Shown: piece after piece, positions 1-11,000 of the stretch
How positions within the stretch are numbered: the first letter of the stretch is position 1
How the letters are laid out: each line of letters starts with the position of its first letter
From: Paramoeba atlantica
Lineage: Eukaryota; Protista; Discosea
Direction of reading: 5' to 3'
NCBI GenBank assembly: GCA_977017575.1
Contig: CDRNVI010000020.1
Span: 536,154 to 600,153, forward strand
Length of the DNA stretch: 64,000 nt
The notes under the pieces: generated by a model
What the model saw: only the letters and a program-made list of their open reading frames with translations
Told to the model about the DNA's origin: nothing
Database searches by the model: none
Translations under genes and position numbers: made by a program

Positions 1-1
1 C

Positions 2-1384
2 TCACCCTCCACCTCTCTCTACCCCGCAGCCTACCCTACCCGTACCTCCCCTCCCCGTGCCGCAACCACAACCACCACCCCGAGTACCTCCCCCCCCACC
101 CCCCCCGGCACCCCTCCCCCCCCCCTCCCCCCCGCGACCCTCCACCACATCATCACCGGCCTCGAGTCCCGTCTCCACACCCACCAGTGGAGCGTCACAC
201 TCAAAACCCTTCTCGTCCTCCACCGCCTCCTCAAGGAGGGCAGCGACCCCCTCCACGACGCCCTCCTCCACACCCCCCAGCTGTTTAACGCGACCAAAGC
301 CAAGGACGTCTCCGACACCGGCTACGGCCGTCGCATGGAGCGTCTCGTGAAACACTACTTCCGCTACCTCGAGGAGCGCACCGCGGTGAGCCGGGAGGCG
401 CTGCGGGCGTGTGCCATCCCGCGACCCGCGGGGGCCCCCCGGGTGAGTGCGGTGGTGTTCTCCCACACCTACCGCCGCCTCGAGCGCCCGCACTACGGGG
501 AGATGCTCGCGATGCTGGAGGCCCCGGAGCTGGTGGAGCTCACGCGGAGGTTTCTCGGACAGCTGGAGGTGATGGTGGGGATGGAGGTGGATGTGACGGT
601 GTTGGATAACGCGGTGAGTGTGCTGGTGTGGCGGTATGTGGTGCAGGATGCGCGTCAGGTGACGGGGCTGGTCTCGGATCGGTTGCTGTTTCTGATTCAA
701 ACGGTGTTTGGTGTCGCGGAGGGGAAAAGGGAAGGGGGTGAGGGGGAGAGTCCGGAGGTGTTGGGGGATCGAAAAAGAAAGGTGTATGAGCTCGCGTGTC
801 AGTATAATGTGTGTGTGGAGGGGTTGAATAAAACGTTTCGCACGCTGAAAGGGATTGCGCCGTGTTTTCATGCTTTGCCGACGTTGCGGGTTTTGCCGAC
901 AGAGAGTATACAGTCTGCGCTTCAGTCATCAACGAGTGCGCCCTCGAACGAAACAGATTCTAGAAAAAGTGCTCAAGCCATACATGATCTTTTTTCTGAA
1001 ATCTCGAACTCGTACCACGAAGAGGTTATTTCGACCACCGGTGTGGATAAGAAACCTACTTCGGATTTATTTTCGGAAAAAAGCACTGAGAGATCCAAGT
1101 CTACTTCTCGTGGTTTAGAAAATACTGTGGATGCACTCAGTTCATTATTACAGGAGAGTTCAGTTACCGGTGCTCGTCCGCCCTCCCCACCTGATATGCT
1201 TGATATGGGTCGCACCAAAACGAGTCAGGAGATCAAATATCCGATGAAAACGGCACTCCAAAAACAAAACGAAGGACTTGAGAAAGAGCGCGGTATAGGA
1301 ATGACGTCGTCCATAACACCAATTTCTCGTAAAGTAAAAAATGTTCCGGCGAGTGCCACCAATTTAGATGATTTGTTTGGATAA
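2..1384 (+). CDS. ANTH/AP180-CALM-type clathrin assembly protein, 5'-incomplete at window edge
   Basis: Frame 2 is open upstream of the listed ATG at 335 and reads ...LESRLHTHQWSVTLKTLLVLHRLLKEGSD...VKHYFRYLEER, which are ANTH-domain motifs, followed by a low-complexity Ser/Thr-rich tail. C homopolymers near 90-135 make the extreme 5' frame uncertain. Confidence 0.8.
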   Translation, partial: SPSTSLYPAAYPTRTSPPRAATTTTTPSTSPPTPPGTPPPPLPPATLHHIITGLESRLHTHQWSVTLKTLLVLHRLLKEGSDPLHDALLHTPQLFNATKAKDVSDTGYGRRMERLVKHYFRYLEERTAVSREALRACAIPRPAGAPRVSAVVFSHTYRRLERPHYGEMLAMLEAPELVELTRRFLGQLEVMVGMEVDVTVLDNAVSVLVWRYVVQDARQVTGLVSDRLLFLIQTVFGVAEGKREGGEGESPEVLGDRKRKVYELACQYNVCVEGLNKTFRTLKGIAPCFHALPTLRVLPTESIQSALQSSTSAPSNETDSRKSAQAIHDLFSEISNSYHEEVISTTGVDKKPTSDLFSEKSTERSKSTSRGLENTVDALSSLLQESSVTGARPPSPPDMLDMGRTKTSQEIKYPMKTALQKQNEGLEKERGIGMTSSITPISRKVKNVPASATNLDDLFG

Positions 1385-1764
1385 TTAAATTTTCACATAC
1401 ATGTATAAAACGTGGGATTCTTGTATTATTGTAGAATTGGTAGTTACTATATCATGCTCAGTATGATATGAATTCGCAAAGGGGTCGCAAAAATTTTCGC
1501 AAAGCCAACAGGTATACTTCATGCGCGAGGAGTTTCAGGTCATTAGTTTGGTCAAATCGCCGTTCAAAACTCTCTTTTTTTAATTTGGTCATCAAAGCTT
1601 CTAAACGAAAAAAATATAGCAGCATTCCTTAGAAGAAAACTTTGACGTTGTTTACCCATCTCAAATTCTTTTCCTAAGCTAAATTCTCATTTTATTACCC
1701 TCTTTTCTTGCTCAATGGTTACACTGTTATTTATAGAAAATCTTCACTTTCGTCACGTTTCTTT

Positions 1765-2634
1765 ATGTTATTTCTTCCGACTACTATCACAAGGTCTCTT
1801 ATCTTAGATGCTGCGGATAGTGCACCTAAGGCGGCTAGGGTACGTGGGGCTTTCCTTCCGCAGGAATATGATCTCTGTCGCGTCCTTCATAACATCTCTA
1901 ATCACCATCCCTCATGGACTACAGAGACTCCGGCATGCAGTTGGAAAGACATAGAGTGTGACCACAATTTGCAAGTCATTAAAATTAAGTGGCACGCTAT
2001 GAAGCTTCGTGGAACCATATCATGGTGTCGTATTCCATCGAGTGTACAAGTTTTGATTTTAGGGAGTTTTTTTAGATCGGCAACGCAGAACATAATTACC
2101 GGCGAGCTTCCTGTTTTTGATTTGCCGCCTCGGCTAAGAAATTTTGTATTGGATGGCAACAAGATGACGGGAAACATTGACTTGGATCATCTTCCTACAA
2201 ATTTAACTGCTTTTGAAGCGGCGAAAAATTGCTTTAAGGGAACTGTATCCCTGTCATCTCTACCTCGTCATCTAGTTGTGTTAGACCTTCAAGATAATCT
2301 GCTTTCAGGGGAGCTCGATCTGACAAGCTTACCTGCGAATTTGGAAACAATGTATTTCGCAAATAATAATTTTAGTGGGAGCTTGATTCTTAAAGCTCTG
2401 CCGAAATCACTCAAACGACTTGATCTATGCGATAATAAACTAAGTGGAGAATTACAGTTCGATACGCTTCCGCCGAAAATGAAGTATCTTCTACTGAAGA
2501 ATAATGAGTTTGACGGGCACCTTGACCTCCGAATGGTGCCAGAACACTTTGTTACGCTAGATCTTCGGGGAAACAAAATTTCTTCCATAGTGCCAACTCC
2601 CTTCCCACCTGCCCTAAAATATGATCTACAATAA
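1765..2634 (+). CDS. Leucine-rich repeat protein with N-terminal LRR cap, possibly surface or secreted
   Basis: Cap motif ACSWKDIECD, then repeated LPxxLxxLxLxxNxLSGxLDLxxLP units. First ATG at 1765 (the ORF track starts at TTG 1708). Confidence 0.85.
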   Translation: MLFLPTTITRSLILDAADSAPKAARVRGAFLPQEYDLCRVLHNISNHHPSWTTETPACSWKDIECDHNLQVIKIKWHAMKLRGTISWCRIPSSVQVLILGSFFRSATQNIITGELPVFDLPPRLRNFVLDGNKMTGNIDLDHLPTNLTAFEAAKNCFKGTVSLSSLPRHLVVLDLQDNLLSGELDLTSLPANLETMYFANNNFSGSLILKALPKSLKRLDLCDNKLSGELQFDTLPPKMKYLLLKNNEFDGHLDLRMVPEHFVTLDLRGNKISSIVPTPFPPALKYDLQ

Positions 2635-2714
2635 AGCCATATTACTTTTAGAACGACGATTTAGATTCCAAATTTTAGAATAACCTCAATTATGTGCTTA
2701 CAAAGATATCGTAA

Positions 2715-2830
2715 TCCATATAAATGTTTTCTCTCTTTTTTCTATTTTTTTAACCTTTTCCTTCTCACAACTTTCTCCTATCCACTCTCTTTTCCTTTTC
2801 CTATCTCCCACCTCCCAACCCACACAAAAC
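2715..2830 (+). promoter_or_regulatory. Polypyrimidine tract upstream of TCTP, consistent with a trans-splicing/polyadenylation signal
   Basis: Long C/T-rich run directly 5' of the CDS. Similar tracts precede the LRR, DnaJ-like and SPX-EXS genes. Confidence 0.5.
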
Positions 2831-2834
2831 TAAA

Positions 2835-3347
2835 ATGAAAATCTTCAAATGCATTATCTCAGGAGACGAAGTTCTCTGTGACAACGACCGTCTGCTGCAG
2901 GAGGAGGACGATGTGGTCTACGTGGTCGAAGGGAAATACATCAGCGTCGGGGGCGAAGACTACGGAATCTCGGCCAATGTCGATGAGGACGCTGCAGAGG
3001 GCGCCACAGGGGAGGGAACCTCCGATAACAGCTCCAAAGTGGTCGACATTGTCCACACCAACCGTCTTGTGGAGGTCCCCTTCGATAAGAAGAGCTATGG
3101 GGCCTATTTGAAGGGTTACATGAAGGCACTGGTCGAAAAAATGCAAGAAAAGAATCCCGAGCGAGTGGATAAGTTCAAGGCCGGGGCTCAGACCTTTGTG
3201 AAAAAGGTTTTGGCGAATTTTGATGAATATCAATTCTTTTTGGGGGAAAGTATGGACGGGGAGGGTATCACCGTGTTGGCAAAGTGGGAAGGCGAGAAAG
3301 CGCTGTTTTATTACTTCAAAGATGGGCTGCGTGGAGAAAAGGTGTAA
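2835..3347 (+). CDS. TCTP: Translationally controlled tumour protein
   Basis: 170 aa; MKIFKCIISGDEV, IGANxSAE-equivalent loop (GISANVDEDA), VVDIV, FDKKSYxxYLKGYMK, YQFFLGESMD, YYFKDGL. Polypyrimidine tract upstream. Confidence 0.97.
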   Translation: MKIFKCIISGDEVLCDNDRLLQEEDDVVYVVEGKYISVGGEDYGISANVDEDAAEGATGEGTSDNSSKVVDIVHTNRLVEVPFDKKSYGAYLKGYMKALVEKMQEKNPERVDKFKAGAQTFVKKVLANFDEYQFFLGESMDGEGITVLAKWEGEKALFYYFKDGLRGEKV

Positions 3348-3735
3348 ACCTGTATGATCGAAGTAACGAAAACAGGATTTTAAAAATCAAAACAAAAGGA
3401 AGGCATAAAGGTAGCTTATTTTGAGTATTTAAAATACATAAATGTGCGTTCTTTGTAACTGATGCTTCCTTTTGTATTTTTATACTGATCCCGTTACATG
3501 CTAACCTTCTGGGCTTTTATGTTTCTCACTAAAATACATGCCGATAACATGTAAGTCATAAGCGCAGGGCAATGCGTTATCTATTTGCATATTGGGCCTA
3601 CATTTATGCCACATTTTTCATCACATCATACGGTTACAAAACATTTTTTTACGCAGTCCTAACTCTCTTTCCTTTATTTCCACAATTTTTAAAAAAAAGT
3701 CTCTCTTGTATTTCGCACTCATTTTTTTTTTCAAA

Positions 3736-4473
3736 ATGAGCACTTCCCCATCACCGTCTCTTCCCACCCACCCTCGCAAACGCACCAATTCCACCCAAGA
3801 ACTATGCGCTGCCCCCTCCGACCGATTTCTGACCCGAGCAAAACGACAAAACTACTCCTACGCCTCTCCTCTGGCCTCCGTGTCTTCCCTCTCCGCACGC
3901 CGACCGATTCGTAGCATTAAAATTCCCCATCATCGGTTTCCTCCGATTAGAAGCAAGTGGATGTCAATTTATACCCCGCTGGTGGACCAATGCAAACTGG
4001 AAGTCCGGATGAACTTAAAAACCAAAAGCGTTGATTTGCGTTTGGGTCCGATGGCAGAAGAGAGTGAAAATCAAATTTTGGAATGTGATCACTCCGGGTT
4101 ACTTCAAAAAGCGGAAGATTTTGTGCGAGCCGTTGTGTTGGGGTTTGAGGTCGCCGATGCGTTAGCGTTGCTGCGGCTGGATGATATTTATCTCGATGGG
4201 TTTGAGGTAAAAGATGTGAAAACACTTCGAGGAGAGAATTTAAGTCGATGTATTGGTCGTATGAGTGGAAGTCATGGAAAAACAAAATTTGCGTTGGAAA
4301 ATATTACCCGCACACGTATCGTTATTGCAGACACCCATTTGCACTTGATGGGACATGTGCAAAACATTCGATTCGCAAAAGATGCGTTAGTCGATTTGAT
4401 TCGGGGAAGTCCAGCAGCAAAGGTCATTGCGAAAACACGTAGGCTTATGACACGCGTCAATGAGGTGTTGTAG
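3736..4473 (+). CDS. PNO1: RNA-binding KH-domain ribosome biogenesis factor Pno1/Dim2
   Basis: PPIRSKWMSIYTPLV...VRMNLK; KAEDFVRAVVLGFEVADALALLRLDDIYL; LSRCIGRMSGSHGKTKFALENITRTRIV; LIRGSP. Likely ATG at 3736. Confidence 0.95.
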   Translation: MSTSPSPSLPTHPRKRTNSTQELCAAPSDRFLTRAKRQNYSYASPLASVSSLSARRPIRSIKIPHHRFPPIRSKWMSIYTPLVDQCKLEVRMNLKTKSVDLRLGPMAEESENQILECDHSGLLQKAEDFVRAVVLGFEVADALALLRLDDIYLDGFEVKDVKTLRGENLSRCIGRMSGSHGKTKFALENITRTRIVIADTHLHLMGHVQNIRFAKDALVDLIRGSPAAKVIAKTRRLMTRVNEVL

Positions 4474-4694
4474 GAACGAGTTTTTTTATTTCCTTATGGT
4501 GTATTTCGTATGTTGTTCGTGCAATATTTTCATTGGGCAAATTGATGAAAATTTTATCCGTGCGTGTTTGTGTATGCGCTTACTGAACTGCAATAATTCT
4601 CTTCATTGCTTTCTGTATTCTTGTTCTCAATTGCACTATATCTGCACGAAAATATTCATCTCTTTTACGCAATCTCTTTCTGATTTAAATACTA

Positions 4695-5045
4695 ATGAAC
4701 TTCGCCCTTCTTCTTCTCTATTTCTTCACTGCTTTTGCTGGAGTATTCTGCTTAACCTCGCATCCGTTCCTACATACTTTTGCTGCCCGAAAGGTTGAAA
4801 AATCGATCAAAGGTAGGAAAATACCAGTCCAGCGAGGAAGCAACTTTTGGAGTGCTGTTGAAACAGTGGCCGACCGAGTGCACCAATATCGTGGAAAAGC
4901 GAAGGCAGGGACCTCGCAACATGCGAAGCCTTACTTACACGTCGATGCACCAACAGTCTCACAGCTTGCAACTGGTAAATCGTTTGGCCGGTTGAAGAGA
5001 GCTCCAGTACAAACGGAGCGCACTGCGACCCTAAAGAAGAAGTAA
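4695..5045 (+). CDS. Small hypothetical protein (hydrophobic N-terminus, basic remainder)
   Basis: ATG-initiated 116-aa ORF, co-directional with its neighbours and filling the intergenic gap. No family recognised. Confidence 0.4.
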   Translation: MNFALLLLYFFTAFAGVFCLTSHPFLHTFAARKVEKSIKGRKIPVQRGSNFWSAVETVADRVHQYRGKAKAGTSQHAKPYLHVDAPTVSQLATGKSFGRLKRAPVQTERTATLKKK

Positions 5046-5415
5046 CTGGGAATATTTTGTGAACAGAATTACATTTTTTGCTTTTACTTCTTGTGTACAG
5101 AATGGAATTCTTGTGTATAGAATAGTTCACGCAGATCGATTTCTTTCTTATTGTGAAGGATACTGTGTACTTTTCTTGTTTTTTGATTAAATTTCCAGCT
5201 TTTACATGCTTTTTGCTCTACAATTTTTTTAGATACATTCATAAACATCTCGCACCGGACAGAGTGTACATGGATATGGGGTTGTTTGCCTTTCCAGAGG
5301 GCCTATATTTTTGATTCTTTTTAACATCTTTCTTTGTCTGCTTCTTTGATTTCTAAAAACCGAATCACTAGTACGACTCTATTTTTTATCCCTTCCTACT
5401 CCATCTGAACGCATT

Positions 5416-6972
5416 ATGGATTTTCCTTTTCCCGATCTCTTTCGCTCTGCCTTCTTCGACGCTTTTTCTGCTCCTTATCCCACGAACTCTACAAACGCAA
5501 GGCGATCAAATCACCGCAGCACGACCCAGAGGACATCTAGTGGTATTCCACCTTCTTTTCGGCCCTTCTTTCCTCAATCCGCGCTATCCTCAAGCCCCCC
5601 TAGCACCCTTTCACGTGAAATTCATATTCGTTTAGAGGACTGCTTTACTGGAACTGTGCTCTCCGTTTCCTATGAACGACAGAAAAAGTGTTCTCATTGC
5701 CTCGGCTGTGGTTCACTTGATAATCCAAATGGTGAAAGGAACAATTTAAACGCTATGCAAACCTCAGGTTCTGCTCCTCACTCTTCTTTCTCTTCTGTAT
5801 TTCCTAAATGTGATGTTTGCAAGGGAAATGGTCGAATTTTCACCTCGAATCCAAAGCAAGCACAATCAGAAACCGTAAGAAAAAGAAAATTTGCTCCTTG
5901 CCATCATTGTCAAGGCACGGGTGAGAGCTCGATGACTTGTCCCGATTGTAGGGGAAGTGGAAAACGTTCTTCTGGCGTTTCGTTTGGTACAAACGGTTAT
6001 CGAGTATCAAGAAACTCACGGCTTGTTCCATGCGACTCTTGCCATGCGAAAGGTAAAGTTGCAAAACGAGTTGCATGTACCTTTTGTAGTGAAAAGGGTT
6101 TAATCTTACAAGAGACCACATTTTCTCTTACGATAGAGCCTGGAGTGGAAGACGGGGACGAACTTGTTTTCAAAAATCGCGGTCACGAAAGAGTGTTTTA
6201 CGACGTAAACGCATCCAACACTTCGAATATCTTATCTACGTCTCGCTTGCTTTGCGGAGATCTGAAAATAATTATTCGCGTGCTTCCGCATTCTTGTTTT
6301 CAACGTGTTGGACCGGATTTGTATTTCACAAAAACACTTCCCTTAAGTCACGCATTGCTTGGGTGCCGCTTTTCGTTTAAGCACTTAGATGGCTCTCCCA
6401 TTTGCGTTGATACAGAAAATGTGATTCTAAATGGAAAGGAGTCACGACGCATAGCAGGAGAGGGGATGCCGAAGCGTGGTTCTTCTTCCAAACGCGAGTC
6501 TAAAATCAGACGGATGCAAAACAGGAATATACAGGCACTTTCGACAGGAGTTCACTCTGATCGTTCCTCGAGGATTTCTGGTAACAAAGAACTCACTGAC
6601 TCCGAGAGAGGTGATTTAATTTTGAAGTTCAAAGTGGAGTTTCCGGAACGTTTGTCGGAGTCAGCACGCGAGCTTCTTGAGAAACAGATTCCTCGCGATG
6701 CTCACGAAAACACTTCAAAAGGTCGTTCCCAAGGCCACGCACGTGGAGCAATTATTTTACCTTGCAAAACGGATACAAATACTGACGATTCCAATGAAAC
6801 TCTTCATCAGGAATATTGTATCGCGCACAAACAGTCCCGCGAGCGCTACCTTTCAGATGTTCAGAATGCCAAAGAGTTTGAATCCTTGAAGGAGGATCCC
6901 GAAATTCAAACAGATGACATATTCGAAGCGGAATACGGAATACCTGGTACTTCGGGGTGTTCTGTTCAATAA
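5416..6972 (+). CDS. DnaJ/Hsp40-like protein: Cys-rich zinc finger and C-terminal substrate-binding domains, no J-domain
   Basis: Six CxxCxGxG-like repeats; IEPGVEDGDELVF; GDLKIII; FQRVGPDLYFTKTLPLSHALLG; GEGMP; GDLILKFKVEFP; C-terminal CSVQ. Confidence 0.9.
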   Translation: MDFPFPDLFRSAFFDAFSAPYPTNSTNARRSNHRSTTQRTSSGIPPSFRPFFPQSALSSSPPSTLSREIHIRLEDCFTGTVLSVSYERQKKCSHCLGCGSLDNPNGERNNLNAMQTSGSAPHSSFSSVFPKCDVCKGNGRIFTSNPKQAQSETVRKRKFAPCHHCQGTGESSMTCPDCRGSGKRSSGVSFGTNGYRVSRNSRLVPCDSCHAKGKVAKRVACTFCSEKGLILQETTFSLTIEPGVEDGDELVFKNRGHERVFYDVNASNTSNILSTSRLLCGDLKIIIRVLPHSCFQRVGPDLYFTKTLPLSHALLGCRFSFKHLDGSPICVDTENVILNGKESRRIAGEGMPKRGSSSKRESKIRRMQNRNIQALSTGVHSDRSSRISGNKELTDSERGDLILKFKVEFPERLSESARELLEKQIPRDAHENTSKGRSQGHARGAIILPCKTDTNTDDSNETLHQEYCIAHKQSRERYLSDVQNAKEFESLKEDPEIQTDDIFEAEYGIPGTSGCSVQ

Positions 6973-7180
6973 AAGAAATTCAATGTAGTGGGCGGCAAAC
7001 CCTTGATTTTTTATTTCGTCATCTCATTTTCTTATTTTTCATGTTCCTTTCAATTTTTCTGTCGTACATGCGCTAATCTGATTTCTTGTTTATTTTCAGC
7101 ACAGAACACTCTTCAACATCCTTTTTCCTTTACAAAAACAGAATCTCTACCCTCTTTCACCCTTTTCCCCTCGCTTCCCC

Positions 7181-7876
7181 ATGTCTTTTTCCCTCTTCTT
7201 TTCACTCTCTCCTTCCTCCCCCTTCCCCTTACCCCTCCCCTGCTCGGATACCCCCGTACGCCGGGGTAAAGTCCGGGCCTCGATTTTCACTCCCGAATAC
7301 GCGCTCTCTCAATTCATCCAGCATCTTCACCCCCACCACCCGAGTTGGGTTCAGCACAACCATGGCTGCACGTGGAATGGAATACGCTGCGATGGGTCGC
7401 TTGAAATCGTGCTCGGAATCAACTGGTCCGGACTAAAGCTCTGCGGAGAGCCCTCCTGGGGTTTTCTCCCGGCCAGGGTCCAGGACGTGGACTTGGGGTG
7501 TGGATGGTACGAAAGTGTAAACTATCTAACGGGGTCGGTTCCGTTTACCGAGCTCCCGGTGAGTTTGCTTTCTTTTGTGCTGCAACGGAATCGGTTTTCC
7601 GGTGGGGCGGATCTTACGCAGCTCCCACCGTCCCTTTTTGCGTTGGACCTTCGGCGCAATATGTTTGATGGGGAGCTTAATTTGATGTCACTTCCGAAAT
7701 CACTGACGCATCTGTTTTTAAGTGATAATGATTTTTCGGGAACTGTGGATTTCTCCGCGCTTCCCAAGGGATTGCTTTCTGTGGAAATGCGTCACTTAAA
7801 TCTCAGCTGCGTTCAGGGACAAAATGTACCTTCGATTGTATCGGCAAACGGTTTTCGCTCAAAACCAGTTTCTTGA
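7181..7876 (+). CDS. Leucine-rich repeat protein, paralogue of 1765-2634
   Basis: Cap HGCTWNGIRCD, then NYLTGSVPFTELPVSL, NRFSGGADLTQLPPSL, NMFDGELNLMSLPKSL repeats. Confidence 0.85.
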   Translation: MSFSLFFSLSPSSPFPLPLPCSDTPVRRGKVRASIFTPEYALSQFIQHLHPHHPSWVQHNHGCTWNGIRCDGSLEIVLGINWSGLKLCGEPSWGFLPARVQDVDLGCGWYESVNYLTGSVPFTELPVSLLSFVLQRNRFSGGADLTQLPPSLFALDLRRNMFDGELNLMSLPKSLTHLFLSDNDFSGTVDFSALPKGLLSVEMRHLNLSCVQGQNVPSIVSANGFRSKPVS

Positions 7877-8089
7877 TCCGTCATTTGTAGTAAAAAACAT
7901 TTTGAAACCTTATTCTTTTAGTTTAGTTGAAGACTCCTTCATGCGGCTTATCCGCAGAAAGCCTGTTTTTGACATGCAATTTTTTATAATGGACCATCTC
8001 CAAGGCATTTACCCGGAATTTCGTTTACATTTTCCTTCGTTTTAGCTTCTCGCCCTTTCCCTTCTCTTCGCAACACTCATCATTCACTC

Positions 8090-11000
8090 ATGAAATTCGG
8101 CGAGCAAATCAAAGTCCTCACCATCCCCGAGTGGTCCCGCATGTATGTAGACTATGAGGATGGAAAAAACTTGATCTACACTTTACGCGAGGACTTGGAG
8201 GAATATCACACCCTCATCGAGGCGCACCACATCACACTTTCCCAATACGAGGTCGACCCGAAACGTCCTGGGACGGGATCCTCCTCTCTTGGATTCATGT
8301 GCCCTCGGCGTATTCGAGGCACCTTTCGTTTCTCTCGAGAGAAATCACAGCCCCCTTCCTACTACTCCGTAGAGATGCCTGTGGTGGAGGAAACCACCCG
8401 AAATTTCGGAGAAAACAGTCCTCTGCCTCCCTCCTCAAAATTTACCTCCTCCCACCCCTCTCACTTCACCGAGAAACGTCCACGAAGTCTAAGCAAACTC
8501 CACGCCATGTCCATTGAACACCTCCCCGAGTTGGACTACTCCCTGTTTCCTGGTTCCGCCCACCCCGTCCACACCCCCGCCTCAAGTGAGTTACCCCACC
8601 TCCCCTCCCCTCCCCCGGAGGAGCTACCCCACCCTCCCTTTGTGGAAATTGACCCCGGAAACCCCCGAAATGGCCATCCCCCCAAATGGGAATCTGCCCT
8701 CCCCCCCACCCCCTCCACTGTGCTCCACCTAGGGCTCCAGCACAGCCTGGAAGAGCCCACTACGTTGGAGCCACGACCGCAAAGTTCTGAAACCTCCGAG
8801 TCCCCCTCGGTGACCGTCACGGTCCCCCCATCCCCCGGGGCGCTGCTCCCCACAAAGGCTTCACAAAAAGAGGTGAAGATTTCTTCTTCTGCTTCTTCTG
8901 CTGTTTCTTCTTCTGCTTCTTCTGCTGTTTCTTCTTCTCCCTTTTCCGTTTCGGAGAACACAAGGCGTTTAGCCCCGGTGTCCTCTCCCCCGGGGTGGGT
9001 CCCTCCCGCAGGGGAGTCCTCCCCGTTAATTGACATGGAGGTGTTGCCGTTTTATCCGGCAGAGCGGGGCAGCGCACGGGGTGGTGGTTATGAGACACCG
9101 GGGGAGACGCGAGCCCCACTCGCGACGACCCCCATCCGTCGAAGTTTGTCGAAACTTCGTCCCCCTGCCCAGGCCGTGCTGCTCCCCCCGAGTGCCACCG
9201 GGGAAGGGGAAAAAGAGGAACAGGAGCTGGAGGAAAAGCCCGGGGTCGTTTTCTCGGCGCTCGTGGGTACGCCCCAGGGCTCGGAGGGTATGGAATCGCC
9301 TGGGGTGGTGCAAAGGGAAGCGCCTCCACGACAAGGGGTACTCGTGTCGCCTTTTCTACGTGCGTCGGGGGTGCAGAAAATGTCCGAGATTTCTTGGATT
9401 TTACATCGTGTGGCGCATCTCTACCGTTCCATGAATCAGGAAATGGGAAACTGGATTTTGAGGGAGTGTCGAAAGGTGAATCGGTTTTACATGTCTCGCG
9501 CGCAGTTTATAGCGAACCGCGCTGCGTTGTTGCTGGATCGAGCTAAAATGGTTGCTACAATGTCCAGTTTGGAGAAACAACGTCTGCGACAGGGTATGGA
9601 AGAGGCGTATTTTGCTCTTGATTTGTTGCGCTCCTATTGCACAGTGAACTCCATTGCGTTTTGCAAAATTTTAAAGAAGTTTGACAAAAACACGCTTCAA
9701 AATTGTCGAGAGGACGTCACGCAGTATCTTTCGTCTAGGTGGTTTTTCCAAACCACTCACAGCATTGACTCCTCTCCAAATCGAAGACTGAAGGATCTCT
9801 TAGTTAAAGTCTACGCTGATCTGTTTTGTCAAGGATCGATGAAAACCGCGCGAACGTTTCTGCATGTAAAGAAGCACGACGAACGACAAAAGGAGTCACG
9901 CTCTCCTTTATTCCTCACGGGTTTCTTTTCCGGAGCCACGCTTGCCATCTTTGTGTTGCTCCTTTTCGAGTACTGCTCACATTACTCCGAAATCTCTTCT
10001 CTCTCAGAGGCGAGTGTCTCGCGGTCGCAGTTTATTTTCTCTCTCGGCTACGTCGGGACGTTTCTCCTTCTCTCCTTTGCTTTGGTCGTTCTAATTTGGG
10101 AGTCCTACGGCATCAACTATGCCTTTATCTTGGAACTGGACCTACGAAAGCACTTTACGGCGTTCGGTTTGATGTGCCTTGCCTTCCTGCAACTCCTTAT
10201 CGGGGTGACGTGCGCTTATGGTTTTCTCCACAGCGCGCTCTTTACCGAGGGCTATAGCCTCACCCCGAACGCCCCGACCTACGCCTACCTTTTCGCTGCC
10301 CTGAGCGTTTTGCTTACGTTTCTTTTTCACCTCCGTCATCGGTTTTCTTCCCACTGGCTGTGGCATCATTTACTTCGTGCCTTTGCGGCCCCCTGGTACC
10401 GGGTTCGATTCGCGGATTTCTTTTTAATGGATTATTTATGCTCCATGACCGATGTCCTCGGGGAGCTTCCCACAGCGCTATGTGTGTGGGAATATCCATC
10501 TTCCGCAACAAACGCTTTTTGTCTCGGATACCGCACATGGCGAATTCCGCTGCTCCCGGCGTTGCCTCACATGCTTCGTCTGCTGCAGTGTCTACGTCGG
10601 TACCGTGACCAGGAAGGGGATAGCCTTCACCCGAATTTAACAAACGCGATGAAATACGCTGCTGGGCTTTTACAACTCGTTTTAGGGTTTGTTTTGTTGG
10701 TGTGTAAACGAATGTTTGGGATGCAGTCTGTCGCGTTTGCGGTGATGGAAGGGGTATGGCTGTTTGCGGCTTTTTCCGATGCCTCTTATAAACTTTTATG
10801 GGACTATCACATGGATTGGGGTTTGTTGTCATTTTTTCGTAATCGTGGGTCGCGGGATCCGCTTTTACGGGAACAGCTGTGGTATCCTCGATGGGCGTAT
10901 TTCTCGAGCGCAGCTGTTAACGCAGTGTTACGCTTTCTGTGGCTCATCCGGCATATTTTCTTCCCCAATTGGGGACGATCGTTACTGTTCTCTGGTTGGG

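Noticed and set aside
2-871. 289-aa - strand ORF and other antisense ORFs over the gene cluster
   Set aside because: They are shadows of GC-rich sense genes that have clear family motifs.
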